Positions 8,658 to 17,992 of a stretch of 28,294 nt of DNA are shown here, piece by piece; position 1 is the stretch's first letter; every line of letters begins with the position of its first letter. The position numbers and the translations under genes were made by a program. Location of the stretch: positions 1 to 28,294 of the IMG/VR virus record IMGVR_UViG_3300047510_000243; one strand, written 5' to 3'. This DNA is from a virus. Lineage: Duplodnaviria > Caudoviricetes. The notes below the pieces were generated by a model that saw nothing but the letters and a program-made list of their open reading frames with translations, did no database searches and was not told where the DNA came from.

Positions 8658-10405
8658 CTCGATACTCCACGCAGAGTGCGCTGATGCCGTTGCAGATAGT
8701 CGATGTCATCTGGGCGCAGTTTCCCATACCGCTTCAAAAGATCATCGAGGTTGGTGTTCTCGTCAATCGTCACTTCGGGCGGCAGTCTCTTTTCTTTCTT
8801 CAGATCAGCCACCGCATCCTCGATTGCCTTGCGTGAGCGTGACTTGTTCGCGTCAGCCCGATCGGTCTGGTTGTACTGGTCAACAGCCTGGCGCGACAGA
8901 TCCCGATAAGGCGCCTGCTTCAAAGCAGGATTCTTCAAACGCCAATCGTCGAGCAGCGTGTTGTAGATCTTTTCAATCGCTTCCTTCTTGTCGATCTTGA
9001 ACTGATCATCCTTGCTGGCGAATACGCTTTGAACATCAGGAACACCAGCCGATTGACGAATAAATCTTTGGGCTTCAGTCTGGTCTTTTTCAGTTCGATT
9101 GATCAGCCGCCGATTGAGATCAAGGAACTGCTGACCGTTCAAACCGGCTATGTTTGATTGCCTTAACAAGACATCAAAATCGACAATGGTTCCGTTATCG
9201 ATTGCGGTCTCAAGGGTAGCCTGGTCGTATTTGCTTCCAGGTCTTTGCTGCGGATCAAGGAACTTTTCGACCTGTTCGACAGATAGCGTTCGCGTCCTGA
9301 CGATCGCCTGCGCCAGGTCACGCTTCTGGTTTGCTGGCGTGGCAGGATCAAAGTACGTTGCCATCAGGTTCTGCGCTTCGTTCTCGCGGTTCTGCTTGTC
9401 GATCTTCGCGTCATCGTCACGCTTGGCGATCCTGGCAGACACCTCGGCGCGGAAGTTCTTGATGATCTCGTTGGTCGCCGCCGGATCCAGCGTCTTGATC
9501 GCGTTCATCATCGGCGTGAACTTGTCATCGAACAGCATCGCACCAGATCGCAGTGCGCTGATCGTGCGCGTCGTGTCTTGGAAGTAGCGATCGTCCTCCA
9601 TCAACTTGGTGGTGATCGCGTTGACTTGCGCACCCATGATCGCCTGCTGGATCTTAGTGCTGTACTCGCGCTGCACGGCAACATCTCCGAGCAACATGGC
9701 AGCATCGGTCACGTTCTTCCGATGCACCTCGGCCCGCTGCAGGAATGTGTCAGGATCTTGCATCGCCTCGGCGAACATGAGGCGCTGCGTGTTGTCCATG
9801 TACTGATCGATCTTGATGCGCCGAATAGACTGCTCGCGCTTCAGCTGCTCCTCATAGGCAGCATTGAGCACAGTATTGCCGTGCGTGGCCATCGTGGCTC
9901 GGAACTTGAGCGCGGCCTCCGGGTCTGCAGAGGCTAGCGCCTTGGAGTACCCGTTGCTGATTGTGGAGATCCTTTGGCTGATCTCTTCGCCGTTGACCTT
10001 ACCGGCTTTGACATCGGCCAGCATCTTCACCAGTTCGTTCTTGCCCTCCATCTCAAAGTGAGACGCGAGCTCGAAACTGCGTGCCTTGCGCAGCGCCTGG
10101 CCAAAGATGCTGCCCTGCAAGCCAGCATCCATCGGCAGGCCATTCTTGGCCATCTCGATCTGTTCCGGCGTGATCGGGTTGTCGGCAGCGAACTGCATCG
10201 CCTCAAGCGGCGCCAGGCGCCCAGCTTCTTGGAATGCGCTTGTGCTCATTCTGTCAAGGATCTGCGCAAGCGTGCCACTCTGCTGGGCTGCAGCCCTGGC
10301 CGCTAGTGGCTCGACCTGGCCTGGGCTGACCTGCACCATTGGCACGCCACCCTGCGCACCTCGCAGCATGATCTGACCGCCTTCAAAAACTGGTAGCGTA
10401 GCCAT
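8654..10405 (-). CDS. Internal virion protein (gp15-like position)
   Basis: 583-aa Ala/Gln-rich helical protein; synteny. Confidence 0.65.
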   Translation of the reverse strand: MATLPVFEGGQIMLRGAQGGVPMVQVSPGQVEPLAARAAAQQSGTLAQILDRMSTSAFQEAGRLAPLEAMQFAADNPITPEQIEMAKNGLPMDAGLQGSIFGQALRKARSFELASHFEMEGKNELVKMLADVKAGKVNGEEISQRISTISNGYSKALASADPEAALKFRATMATHGNTVLNAAYEEQLKREQSIRRIKIDQYMDNTQRLMFAEAMQDPDTFLQRAEVHRKNVTDAAMLLGDVAVQREYSTKIQQAIMGAQVNAITTKLMEDDRYFQDTTRTISALRSGAMLFDDKFTPMMNAIKTLDPAATNEIIKNFRAEVSARIAKRDDDAKIDKQNRENEAQNLMATYFDPATPANQKRDLAQAIVRTRTLSVEQVEKFLDPQQRPGSKYDQATLETAIDNGTIVDFDVLLRQSNIAGLNGQQFLDLNRRLINRTEKDQTEAQRFIRQSAGVPDVQSVFASKDDQFKIDKKEAIEKIYNTLLDDWRLKNPALKQAPYRDLSRQAVDQYNQTDRADANKSRSRKAIEDAVADLKKEKRLPPEVTIDENTNLDDLLKRYGKLRPDDIDYLQRHQRTLRGVSR

Positions 10406-11061
10406 CAGACTGTCCTCGCGAATCTGCCAACACCTTCAGTCAGCGTAGCACCGGCCATCAATCCACCGGTGCGGCGCGTAATTGCTGCGGCAGATTCAAG
10501 TTGCCCAGCACCGCGCCTGGCCTGGAACAGGTTCAGATAGTTCTGGTATTCGGTCGACTGCAGCATGGCCGTCGCATCCTCGAATCCGAGCACGCGGGCA
10601 GTGAGCGCATTCAGATCGGCAATGCCAACATCGCGCATGGTCGCCGCCACATTCTCGATCTGGACGCCCGCTGCGCTGCCTTCGCCAAACGCCACGCCAG
10701 CAGCAGCTGCTCGAGCGCGTGCTGCGGCATTGGCTTTGCGCATATTCTTCAGCAGCGTGTTGCCAGCGATCTGGTAGTTCTGGGCCTCCATGTCGGCCCG
10801 TCTGAGCGTTCGACCAGCCTGCACCGCGGCATAGGTCTCGGCCATGTCGGCGCGAACCTCGGCCACCGCAAGCGTATCGCGGGCCTGCACCAGGTATGCG
10901 GTCTGCTGGTTGATGGCCTGCGCCATTTGAGCCTGGGACGCGCCATACGCACTAATGAGCCCGGCAGCGGCATACATCTGCCCGCCGCTGATGTTCATAC
11001 CCCCGGTTGCAGCTGGTGTTGCGCCGACGCCCGGATCGTATCCTCCTGCTTCTGCTGCCAT
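10405..11061 (-). CDS. Internal virion protein (gp14-like)
   Basis: Likely start MAAEAGG just after the tail tubular B stop. Ala/Gly-rich, with an 'ARAAAAGV...GS' motif. Confidence 0.7.
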   Translation of the reverse strand: MAAEAGGYDPGVGATPAATGGMNISGGQMYAAAGLISAYGASQAQMAQAINQQTAYLVQARDTLAVAEVRADMAETYAAVQAGRTLRRADMEAQNYQIAGNTLLKNMRKANAAARARAAAAGVAFGEGSAAGVQIENVAATMRDVGIADLNALTARVLGFEDATAMLQSTEYQNYLNLFQARRGAGQLESAAAITRRTGGLMAGATLTEGVGRFARTV

Positions 11062-11062
11062 G

Positions 11063-13336
11063 TCAGGTTCCCGAATAGACCGCGACGCGGTAGTCAAGAC
11101 CGAGCAAAGTCATCTTGAGCGGCAGGGTCTGCTCGATCTCAATGGCCTGCTCGCGGTCGTAGCCCAGCACGCCATTCACGCGCTTGATGCCGGTAAAGGT
11201 TGGCACCGGCTCATCCAGCAGCGGGTTGTCCATCAGCCGGAACGCGACAGGCTGGTCATTGATCACAAGCTCCTGCGTCTCTGACACGATCGCGCTGATC
11301 TCGACGATCCGCTTCTTGAAGCTGATGCGCGACCCGGTCTGCAGCTGGATCTCTGCCGGCATCGTCTTGCAGTAGACCGTGAAAGGCAGGCCGACCTCGT
11401 AGGTGTAGACCGATGCCCGGTCGAACGTCACGGTGCCCGCGGCGCTCACAACCTCATCGCCCTGCGGCACCCCGTCGCAGATCACGTTGACGATCTCGTT
11501 GACCATCGGCAGGCTCGATGCGCTCGATGCCGCGCCGCCGGTGACCGCGCAGTCGGTGTACAGGCTATCGTCGAAGAGCTCGACAAAATACTTCGGCCCG
11601 CCATGCTCGAGCAGCATCGGCTCACCGTCCTCGGTCAGCAGATTGCTGCCGCTCTCAAGTAGCAGGTCTGCAGCAGCGATGCGGCTGGTTACCGTGTAGA
11701 TGTCAGTCACGTCGATACCAACATCAACGAAGTCGCCAGTGGTGACGAACTCTGACGGCGCAGTGATCTGCTGTGCTCGCATCACACTGAATGCCGCCAT
11801 GCTGCCGTCGTTGGTGTTGGTGATCAGCAGCAGGTCACCTTCCTCGGTGCTGGTGGCGCGGCGCATGGCCATCCGCTGCGGCCCCTTCAGCAGGTGGCCA
11901 GACAACAGCGAGATCCGCTGCGTGATGTACGTCAGCTGCGTGTCATTGAACACGAACTCGTTGAGCGACTTGCCCTGGCGCTGGATGTAGACCGAGCCCG
12001 ACTCTAGCGCCTGCACCCGAGTGCCAGGCTTGATGCCGTTGCGGCTCACGTTCTTGAACGTGAACGTCAGCGGCGTGATCGGATCGCTTCCCTGCTGCGG
12101 GACATAGAACTCGCCGCCGGTCGTAAACACCTGGAAGTCGCGACCGCTGATGATGTCGGTGATGACGTTCAGGTCGTTGGTGTCGAGCGTGGCCTCGAGC
12201 GCGTCATCGTCCAGGTTCTCGGTCGGGACGAAGTCATAGAAGAGGCCGATCTTCGAGCCCCAGATCGTGCTCGGTCGAGACTTGCTGCCGCCAAAATAGA
12301 GCCGGCCCTCGTGGAAGGTAACCGTGCGCGGCCATCCTTTGCCGGCGCTCCAGACATCCACATACCCGTGCTCGAGCTCCCAGCGGCCAGCATCGACCGC
12401 CGTGGTGTTGAAGAATGGGTACTCGGTCACCGCCTCGACCACCGTGGCCGAGACGTAACGCAGGATCCTGGCGCGGCCCTGAGGGCTGGCGTTGACGTAC
12501 TGGTTGACCGACTGCGTCGTCCAGGTCGTGATCGAATAGTTGCTGGTGGCGTCCGGCGCCGTCGTCCAGGCTTCGGAGACTGTCGCAACCTTGGTGCTGC
12601 CAACATAGCCCTCGATCAGCCGGATCTGGCCCGAACCCGTGCCGCTGGTGATCGTGACGTACATGCCGTTGTAGATATCGTTGGTGCTGCTCGCGGTCGC
12701 CTTCAGCGTGATCGTGGTCGTTGATCCAGCCTGCGCTGCGCCACTGTCGTGGTGAGTCGTCGAGGCCGTCAGCGTGATGTTTCCGCTTACCGCGCTGGGC
12801 GTGAGCGTCGAACCGTTGTTCGTATGGAAGTCGATGTTGAAGGCGTACTTCGGGATCGAGTCGAATGTGACGGTAGTGGCCGTCCAGGCCGTGTCGCTGG
12901 TGCGCGTGATCTGCACCGGCTGCAGATCTGGATGAACCACGATCAATGTGTCAGCAGATTGTGTCCAGCACATGTCGTCGACAATGCTGCTCGTAATGGT
13001 GCTTACCGTCAGGTAGTTGTTGCCGCTGCCGTTGATGTTGAGTTGTACCACTCCATCCTTGATGACATACATTCGTTGATGTACGAACACCAACATGTAG
13101 GAGTCATCGACAGAAAATTGAAACGGCACTAAGCGAACCCCGTCTGCAGCATTGCTTGGGAGCTCGGCGAGGCACTTGGTTCCTGGCCGGCGCTTCAGCC
13201 CACCCTGGGGCTGAATCAGCACATTGGTGGCTTTGGCCAGCGCGTTGTTGTAGGCCTGCAGATCGACCCGCGCACGCAGCAGCGGATCGAGCTCACCCGT
13301 CGAGAAGTTGCTCTGCAGTTCAACGAATCGCGGCAT
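11063..13336 (-). CDS. Tail tubular protein B / nozzle (T7 gp12-like)
   Basis: 'QSNFSTGELDP...QGGLKRRPGT', 'GWPRTVTFHEGRLYFGG' and 'PLKMTLLG' are nozzle signatures. Confidence 0.9.
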   Translation of the reverse strand: MPRFVELQSNFSTGELDPLLRARVDLQAYNNALAKATNVLIQPQGGLKRRPGTKCLAELPSNAADGVRLVPFQFSVDDSYMLVFVHQRMYVIKDGVVQLNINGSGNNYLTVSTITSSIVDDMCWTQSADTLIVVHPDLQPVQITRTSDTAWTATTVTFDSIPKYAFNIDFHTNNGSTLTPSAVSGNITLTASTTHHDSGAAQAGSTTTITLKATASSTNDIYNGMYVTITSGTGSGQIRLIEGYVGSTKVATVSEAWTTAPDATSNYSITTWTTQSVNQYVNASPQGRARILRYVSATVVEAVTEYPFFNTTAVDAGRWELEHGYVDVWSAGKGWPRTVTFHEGRLYFGGSKSRPSTIWGSKIGLFYDFVPTENLDDDALEATLDTNDLNVITDIISGRDFQVFTTGGEFYVPQQGSDPITPLTFTFKNVSRNGIKPGTRVQALESGSVYIQRQGKSLNEFVFNDTQLTYITQRISLLSGHLLKGPQRMAMRRATSTEEGDLLLITNTNDGSMAAFSVMRAQQITAPSEFVTTGDFVDVGIDVTDIYTVTSRIAAADLLLESGSNLLTEDGEPMLLEHGGPKYFVELFDDSLYTDCAVTGGAASSASSLPMVNEIVNVICDGVPQGDEVVSAAGTVTFDRASVYTYEVGLPFTVYCKTMPAEIQLQTGSRISFKKRIVEISAIVSETQELVINDQPVAFRLMDNPLLDEPVPTFTGIKRVNGVLGYDREQAIEIEQTLPLKMTLLGLDYRVAVYSGT

Positions 13337-13950
13337 TACATCCTCACCGCAATCAGAGTGTAATCCTCAATCACCCGGCTGGGGTTGCCCTGGGCGTCCA
13401 TCTGACACGCTTGACGGAAGTAGCCGCCGCGCATGTTCTCGACTGGATCACCCAGCGCCACTCGCTGCCAGCGAGCCGACTTGTCGGCCTGCTCCGTGAT
13501 CGCCTCTGCAATGTGCCAGGCCATCTGGTACTTGAGCAGCTGCACGAAGTATTGCGGCATCGCGTACTCGGGCACGCTGTACTGGTAGTCGATAAAGACC
13601 GCAGTCAGGTTGGTCAGCAGCTGGTCGCCTTGGATCTCCCAATCTTTCTGGATCGGCGAGCCCACATTGCTGCTGGAGTAGGCTGCGAGCGGGTTGCCCA
13701 GGCGATCGCCAGGCAGTTGGTATGCGTAGCGCCAGACGCTGCCGGGTGCGGTCACCAGCTGCGCGAGCGCAATCTTCTTCATCGAGAAACTCCACCGATA
13801 CATCATCAGCGTCGTGTCTCGGACATTGGGGTAGAGCCGGTCACAGACCGAGCTCGCATCGGTGCCGTCGTTGAAGCTGGTGATCGCCCGTGCGCCCAGC
13901 ATCAGCAGCGCGTCCGAACAGATCCTTACTCCCGTGTCACCTGCAGCCAT
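13336..13950 (-). CDS. Tail tubular protein A / adaptor (T7 gp11-like)
   Basis: 'ICSDALLMLGARAITSF...WSFS...YAYQLPGD'; position upstream of tubular B. Confidence 0.88.
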   Translation of the reverse strand: MAAGDTGVRICSDALLMLGARAITSFNDGTDASSVCDRLYPNVRDTTLMMYRWSFSMKKIALAQLVTAPGSVWRYAYQLPGDRLGNPLAAYSSSNVGSPIQKDWEIQGDQLLTNLTAVFIDYQYSVPEYAMPQYFVQLLKYQMAWHIAEAITEQADKSARWQRVALGDPVENMRGGYFRQACQMDAQGNPSRVIEDYTLIAVRM

Positions 13951-13966
13951 CGCGGCCTCTCAATGT

Positions 13967-14005
13967 GAAAATGGCCAGCCACTGTCTAAGACAGAAGCTG
14001 GCCAT
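13967..14005 (-). terminator. Intrinsic terminator after the capsid operon
   Basis: Minus strand ATGGCCAGC-TTCTGTCTTAGACAGTG-GCTGGCCAT followed by TTT. Confidence 0.7.
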
Positions 14006-14021
14006 CCTGTTGCTGCCCCGA

Positions 14022-14300
14022 TTAGTCGGAGTCGGTCGCGCTGATGGTCGTGCCGTCAGTCACGTCGACTACCGTACCACTGTTGGCGTTGACCCATACC
14101 AGCGTAGCAGCGCGGGTTCCACCCGTGCTGGTCTGGCAGTAGATCATGTCGCCGACCTTGAGGATCGAAGCGATTGAGTTGAAATAACCCTCCACGCGCA
14201 CCACAGTGATGGCATCGGCAGTCGTGTACGAATACATCGACGGCGCATTGCCAGCCTTAGAAGCGGCGATCGTGGCGAAGCCTACGGAATCAAATGCCAT
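14022..14300 (-). CDS. Small capsid-associated (decoration) protein
   Basis: 92-aa beta-rich ORF directly after the capsid gene; strong AAGGAG RBS. Confidence 0.65.
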   Translation of the reverse strand: MAFDSVGFATIAASKAGNAPSMYSYTTADAITVVRVEGYFNSIASILKVGDMIYCQTSTGGTRAATLVWVNANSGTVVDVTDGTTISATDSD

Positions 14301-14311
14301 GTCAGTTCTCC

Positions 14312-15151
14312 TTACTCGCGGCAGGTGATCTGGACAATACCCTCGGCATCGATCGCAACCGCATTCGCCGAGAACACTTCATTGACCAGCCAGCTGGTCT
14401 TCTCGGGGATGTAGTTGATCTCGGTGCGCATGGCAATGCCCTCGCCATAACCGATCGCCGCCTGGTGGAACGCGAAGACCTTGCGATCACTCGAACCATC
14501 AATTGGCAGCCCACCTTCAGAGCGGTCACCCAGGACGTGGAATGTGAAGCCCAGGAACGTATTGAGCTCACCCTGCACCAGAGCCTTAACCGTGTTGAAG
14601 TCGCTCGACGTGACCGAGGTCTCCGACAACAGGTTGGAAAGGCTGTTCGCATGGATCACGATGTGGCGGCCCTCGGGCGGCACGTTGCTCTTGTCGAGCA
14701 GACGCTTCGCATCGCGGAGCTTGGCCAGGTTCAGGTTGGTGTTCGAGCCGCCGATGCTGTTCGCAACGGTGAGCGCGGTGCTCGAGTTGACCAGCGCGTC
14801 GATGATCATCTGATCTTGACGGCGACCAACCGCAGCAGCGACAACCTGCACAAGCTCTTGACGCTCGTCAAAGTTGACCTTGGCCTGGCTGAAGATGTCG
14901 CTGTATTCAGCAGCATTCCAGTCTTGCAGGGTCAGCGTGACTTGGCTGAAGCTCGCATTGATGGGGGTAACGTCGGTTTGCGGAACGCGCAGGGTTGCGG
15001 TGCCTTTGCCGACCTTGGGGAATTTAACGATAGAACCTTCGACTCCACGACGCGCCCGGACGGCCCCGACAAGCATCGCCTTACCTTGATAGGCTTGCTT
15101 GACCTCTGCGTCGAAGAGGGTCACGAAGGCATTGGAAAGACCAATAGCCAT
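14312..15151 (-). CDS. Major capsid protein
   Basis: 'FVTLFDAEVKQAYQ', 'AVGRRQDQMIIDAL' and 'KALVQGELNTFLGFTF' match BPP-1/uvMED-type capsids. GAGG RBS; follows the scaffold gene. Confidence 0.92.
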   Translation of the reverse strand: MAIGLSNAFVTLFDAEVKQAYQGKAMLVGAVRARRGVEGSIVKFPKVGKGTATLRVPQTDVTPINASFSQVTLTLQDWNAAEYSDIFSQAKVNFDERQELVQVVAAAVGRRQDQMIIDALVNSSTALTVANSIGGSNTNLNLAKLRDAKRLLDKSNVPPEGRHIVIHANSLSNLLSETSVTSSDFNTVKALVQGELNTFLGFTFHVLGDRSEGGLPIDGSSDRKVFAFHQAAIGYGEGIAMRTEINYIPEKTSWLVNEVFSANAVAIDAEGIVQITCRE

Positions 15152-15291
15152 GATTTACCTCGTTCAGTTGATGGGTGGGGTTCGCGCCGGTGAGCCTGAG
15201 AATCCAGGGCCGAATGCTTGCTGGTTTCGCCAGCCACTCGTCAGCAACCGCTGCGGCAAGGGTCGGGTAAACCCGGTGGGCCTTGCTCGCG

Positions 15292-15321
15292 ATTCTAATT
15301 CGCATTCCACTTGTTTGACAA
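15292..15321 (-). promoter_or_regulatory. Sigma70-like promoter for the major capsid gene
   Basis: Minus strand TTGTCA-N18-TAGAAT, directly downstream of a terminator. Confidence 0.6.
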
Positions 15322-15327
15322 GCGGAG

Positions 15328-15353
15328 AAAAAATAGCCCGCACTGGGCGGGCT
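15328..15353 (-). terminator. Intrinsic terminator after the scaffold gene
   Basis: AGCCCGCCCAGTGCGGGCT-ATTTTTT on the minus strand. Confidence 0.8.
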
Positions 15354-15382
15354 GAAGGCTTACTGGAGGAGACAACAGGTTA

Positions 15383-16153
15383 CTACTGTAACACCGCCTG
15401 GAATAGACGCTCAACCTTTTGCCGATAAGCGGTATCCGTTTTGTAGCGCGGATCGCCGACCATCTGGTAGAGCTCCTCCTTGGTGGGCGCTCCCTCGATG
15501 GGTGATGTCTCAATCGGCAGGCGCCCCTCGTAGGCCTCGCGGATCTTCATCAGAGCCCGCAGACCCTGGGCGGTGCCGCCCATGATCTTGAATTCCTCGA
15601 AGTCCTCCTTCGCCCAGACGCCCTTATTGACCAGACCTCGCGCCCAGTCGACCATGCCATTGATCATGGCGTTGCCATTCGGCCCCAGCTTTTGCATCTC
15701 TACCTTGGGGTCGATCCGCTCGCCCTCCATGATCTCGCTGGCTTTAGTGCGCAGCTGCGTCGCCAGATCATCGAACTGAGCCTGGCTGAGACCGTTGTCC
15801 TTTGCCCAGCCGGCCAGGGCCGATGCCATCGGATTATCGGGTGCGGTCTCGCCGAACGCAGCCATGTCGTACTTTCCGTCAGCCGGGGTATTGTGCTGGC
15901 CCTTGCTGATCTTCGCACGCAGGTCGCGCCAAGATTTGGCGATGCCTTCCAGGTCTGGTTCGTTGGCGTCCTTCTTCCAGAAGTTCTCTGGCCAGTAATC
16001 TGGACGCTCAAGCGGATCGTCTGGCTCGCTGCCAGGCTCAACCGCTTTGTGGGGGATAGCCGCCGTTGTCGGGTCGGCTGGTTTGCTGGTGTCTTCTACG
16101 CTTGCGCTATCGAGTAAGCCGGATGATCCGGGCTCGTTGGTCGCTTCTGTCAC
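15383..16153 (-). CDS. Capsid scaffolding/assembly protein
   Basis: Acidic N-terminus, 'RPDYWPENFW', and a C-terminal 'DPRYKTDTAYRQKVE'; lies between portal and capsid. Confidence 0.8.
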   Translation of the reverse strand: MTEATNEPGSSGLLDSASVEDTSKPADPTTAAIPHKAVEPGSEPDDPLERPDYWPENFWKKDANEPDLEGIAKSWRDLRAKISKGQHNTPADGKYDMAAFGETAPDNPMASALAGWAKDNGLSQAQFDDLATQLRTKASEIMEGERIDPKVEMQKLGPNGNAMINGMVDWARGLVNKGVWAKEDFEEFKIMGGTAQGLRALMKIREAYEGRLPIETSPIEGAPTKEELYQMVGDPRYKTDTAYRQKVERLFQAVLQ

Positions 16154-16413
16154 AGGTTCCTCGCTCGTCTGAGCCGCGCCATGATGTCCCGCACAACAGA
16201 ACGCTGACCGTCAGCGTAATAGGCGTGCGAGGGGTCGGTGCCGGGCACGGCGATCGGCACGTCCACATACATGGCTCGCATCCAGGCGAGCAGCTTAATT
16301 CCGTCTTCGGATCCCAGCACCCGCAGCATCAGCCGGTCGGTGTCGTCGCGCTGCTGGTTGGCGTCGCGGATGTCTGGGAGCTCGATGGCCTCGAGATCGT
16401 CCCAGCCGCTCAT
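16150..16413 (-). CDS. Conserved small head-module protein (Bbp19-like)
   Basis: 'SEDGIKLLAWMR...YADGQRSVVRDI'; directly after the portal as in BPP-1-like phages. Confidence 0.7.
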   Translation of the reverse strand: MSGWDDLEAIELPDIRDANQQRDDTDRLMLRVLGSEDGIKLLAWMRAMYVDVPIAVPGTDPSHAYYADGQRSVVRDIMARLRRARNL

Positions 16414-17990
16414 GCGGGCATTCCGGCTGGCGCTGCGGCCTGCATCGCAGCCTGCTGCATGGCCATCGCTTCAAGCTGCCGGTTCTGGGCCTCTTCCATG
16501 AGCACGGCACGCTCTTCACGGGTGTTGCGCACGCTGGCAGGCACGCCGAGCTTGTCGCCAATGTAGTCGACCGCCGCGTCAGTCTTGATTGCCAACTGAC
16601 CGTCAGGGCCGAACCCTTGCATCAGCTGCAGGTACTGGAGGATTGCATTGACCTCCTCCATGTTCTGCGCCATCGCAAGCGGCGCCACCGGCGTGACCTT
16701 GACCTCCAGGCCGTTGACGCGGAGCGGCAGATCGATCATGCCGCGCTCGTCCATGACCTCGAGGATCTTGGCCACCAGCGGGATCATGGTCTCGTTGATC
16801 AGGCGACCGAACGCGCTGCCCAGGTTCTGGGCGAGCTCCTTCATTCGCTCAACGATCTCGGTGGCAGACCTGGCGCTCATGTTGTCAGGCGGCAGCGACT
16901 CGTCCAGCAGGATCCGCTTGATGCTGGCCGTCAGGTCGTTGATCACCAGCTGGCTAATGTTGAAGTCCCCGGCACGGGTGAGCGGCTGCAGGCTGGCACC
17001 CTGGGGGCCACCGTTGCGGGCGACCGGAATGATGGCGCCAGGCACGATCTTGACCGTGTTGGGGTTCAGCACGCCATCGTCGGCAGCGGTATAGACACCG
17101 GCCACCGCAAGCGATGCGTTCTTCAACAGGAGCTCTTTGGTCTTGTTGAGCGTCTTGATGTCGGGCAGCGCCGTGATCAGCGGGCCTCGACCGTAGATCT
17201 CGCCGGCCACCTTCATGTAGCGACTGATCACCCAGGGGCTGGTCTTCCGGCGACGGTAGACGATCTCGGTCTTGGTGATCTTGTCGATGACGTGATAGCA
17301 GTAGTCGCCACGCTTGTAGTCGTGGATCGTGGCCTCGATGAGCTCGATGTCCTCGGTAGGCTTCTGCTCAATCCGGCGGGCGAGCTCGTCTCCGATCTTG
17401 GCATCCGGCCACTGGCGCTGGATCGACTCGCCCTTCATCCGCATCCGGCGATAGACGTTGTCGACCTGGCCGTTAGCGCCTTCCTCGTATGCGACCAGGA
17501 ACAGCGGCACCGGCACAAAGTTGATCGGCACCACGTCGTCACCAGGCTGCACCATCATGCAGGCCGTGCCGACCGCAAGGTCGAGCAGGAACTCGCCGAT
17601 CGCGATGTCGAAGTTCGACTGCTTGAGCACGGCGAACATCTTCTCGCCGTAGGCATCCAGGATGGCCTGGGCCTGCTGCGTGCGCTCTGGCGGGATTGCG
17701 GTGCCAGGCTCAAGCCGCGACCACTTGCGCTGGGGCGGGAAGACTACCGACTGCAGCCTGTTCGCAAACCGTTGGGTGCTGTTGATTGCTGTACTGTCGA
17801 AGACGCGCTGCATCTTCTTCGTACCCGTGCTGCCGCCTTCCCAGACACCGTACAGTTGGCGCTGCGGGAGCGCGAACTCGTAGGCATCTTGGTAGATTTG
17901 CTGGAACTCGTCCTTCTTCGTCTGCGCCAGCTGCTGCCGCTTGAGGATCTGCTCTGGCGTCAGCCGCATCCCGCCTTTCTCGTATTCCAT
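16410..17990 (-). CDS. Portal (head-to-tail connector) protein
   Basis: 'FDSTA', 'GEIYGRGP' and 'SATEIVER...LGSAFGRL' are T7 gp8/Bbp21 family motifs. Confidence 0.95.
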   Translation of the reverse strand: MEYEKGGMRLTPEQILKRQQLAQTKKDEFQQIYQDAYEFALPQRQLYGVWEGGSTGTKKMQRVFDSTAINSTQRFANRLQSVVFPPQRKWSRLEPGTAIPPERTQQAQAILDAYGEKMFAVLKQSNFDIAIGEFLLDLAVGTACMMVQPGDDVVPINFVPVPLFLVAYEEGANGQVDNVYRRMRMKGESIQRQWPDAKIGDELARRIEQKPTEDIELIEATIHDYKRGDYCYHVIDKITKTEIVYRRRKTSPWVISRYMKVAGEIYGRGPLITALPDIKTLNKTKELLLKNASLAVAGVYTAADDGVLNPNTVKIVPGAIIPVARNGGPQGASLQPLTRAGDFNISQLVINDLTASIKRILLDESLPPDNMSARSATEIVERMKELAQNLGSAFGRLINETMIPLVAKILEVMDERGMIDLPLRVNGLEVKVTPVAPLAMAQNMEEVNAILQYLQLMQGFGPDGQLAIKTDAAVDYIGDKLGVPASVRNTREERAVLMEEAQNRQLEAMAMQQAAMQAAAPAGMPA

Positions 17991-17992
17991 GA

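Noticed and set aside
14300-14330. T7 10A/10B-like capsid frameshift
   Set aside because: No slippery sequence at the capsid 3' end, and the next gene has its own strong RBS.
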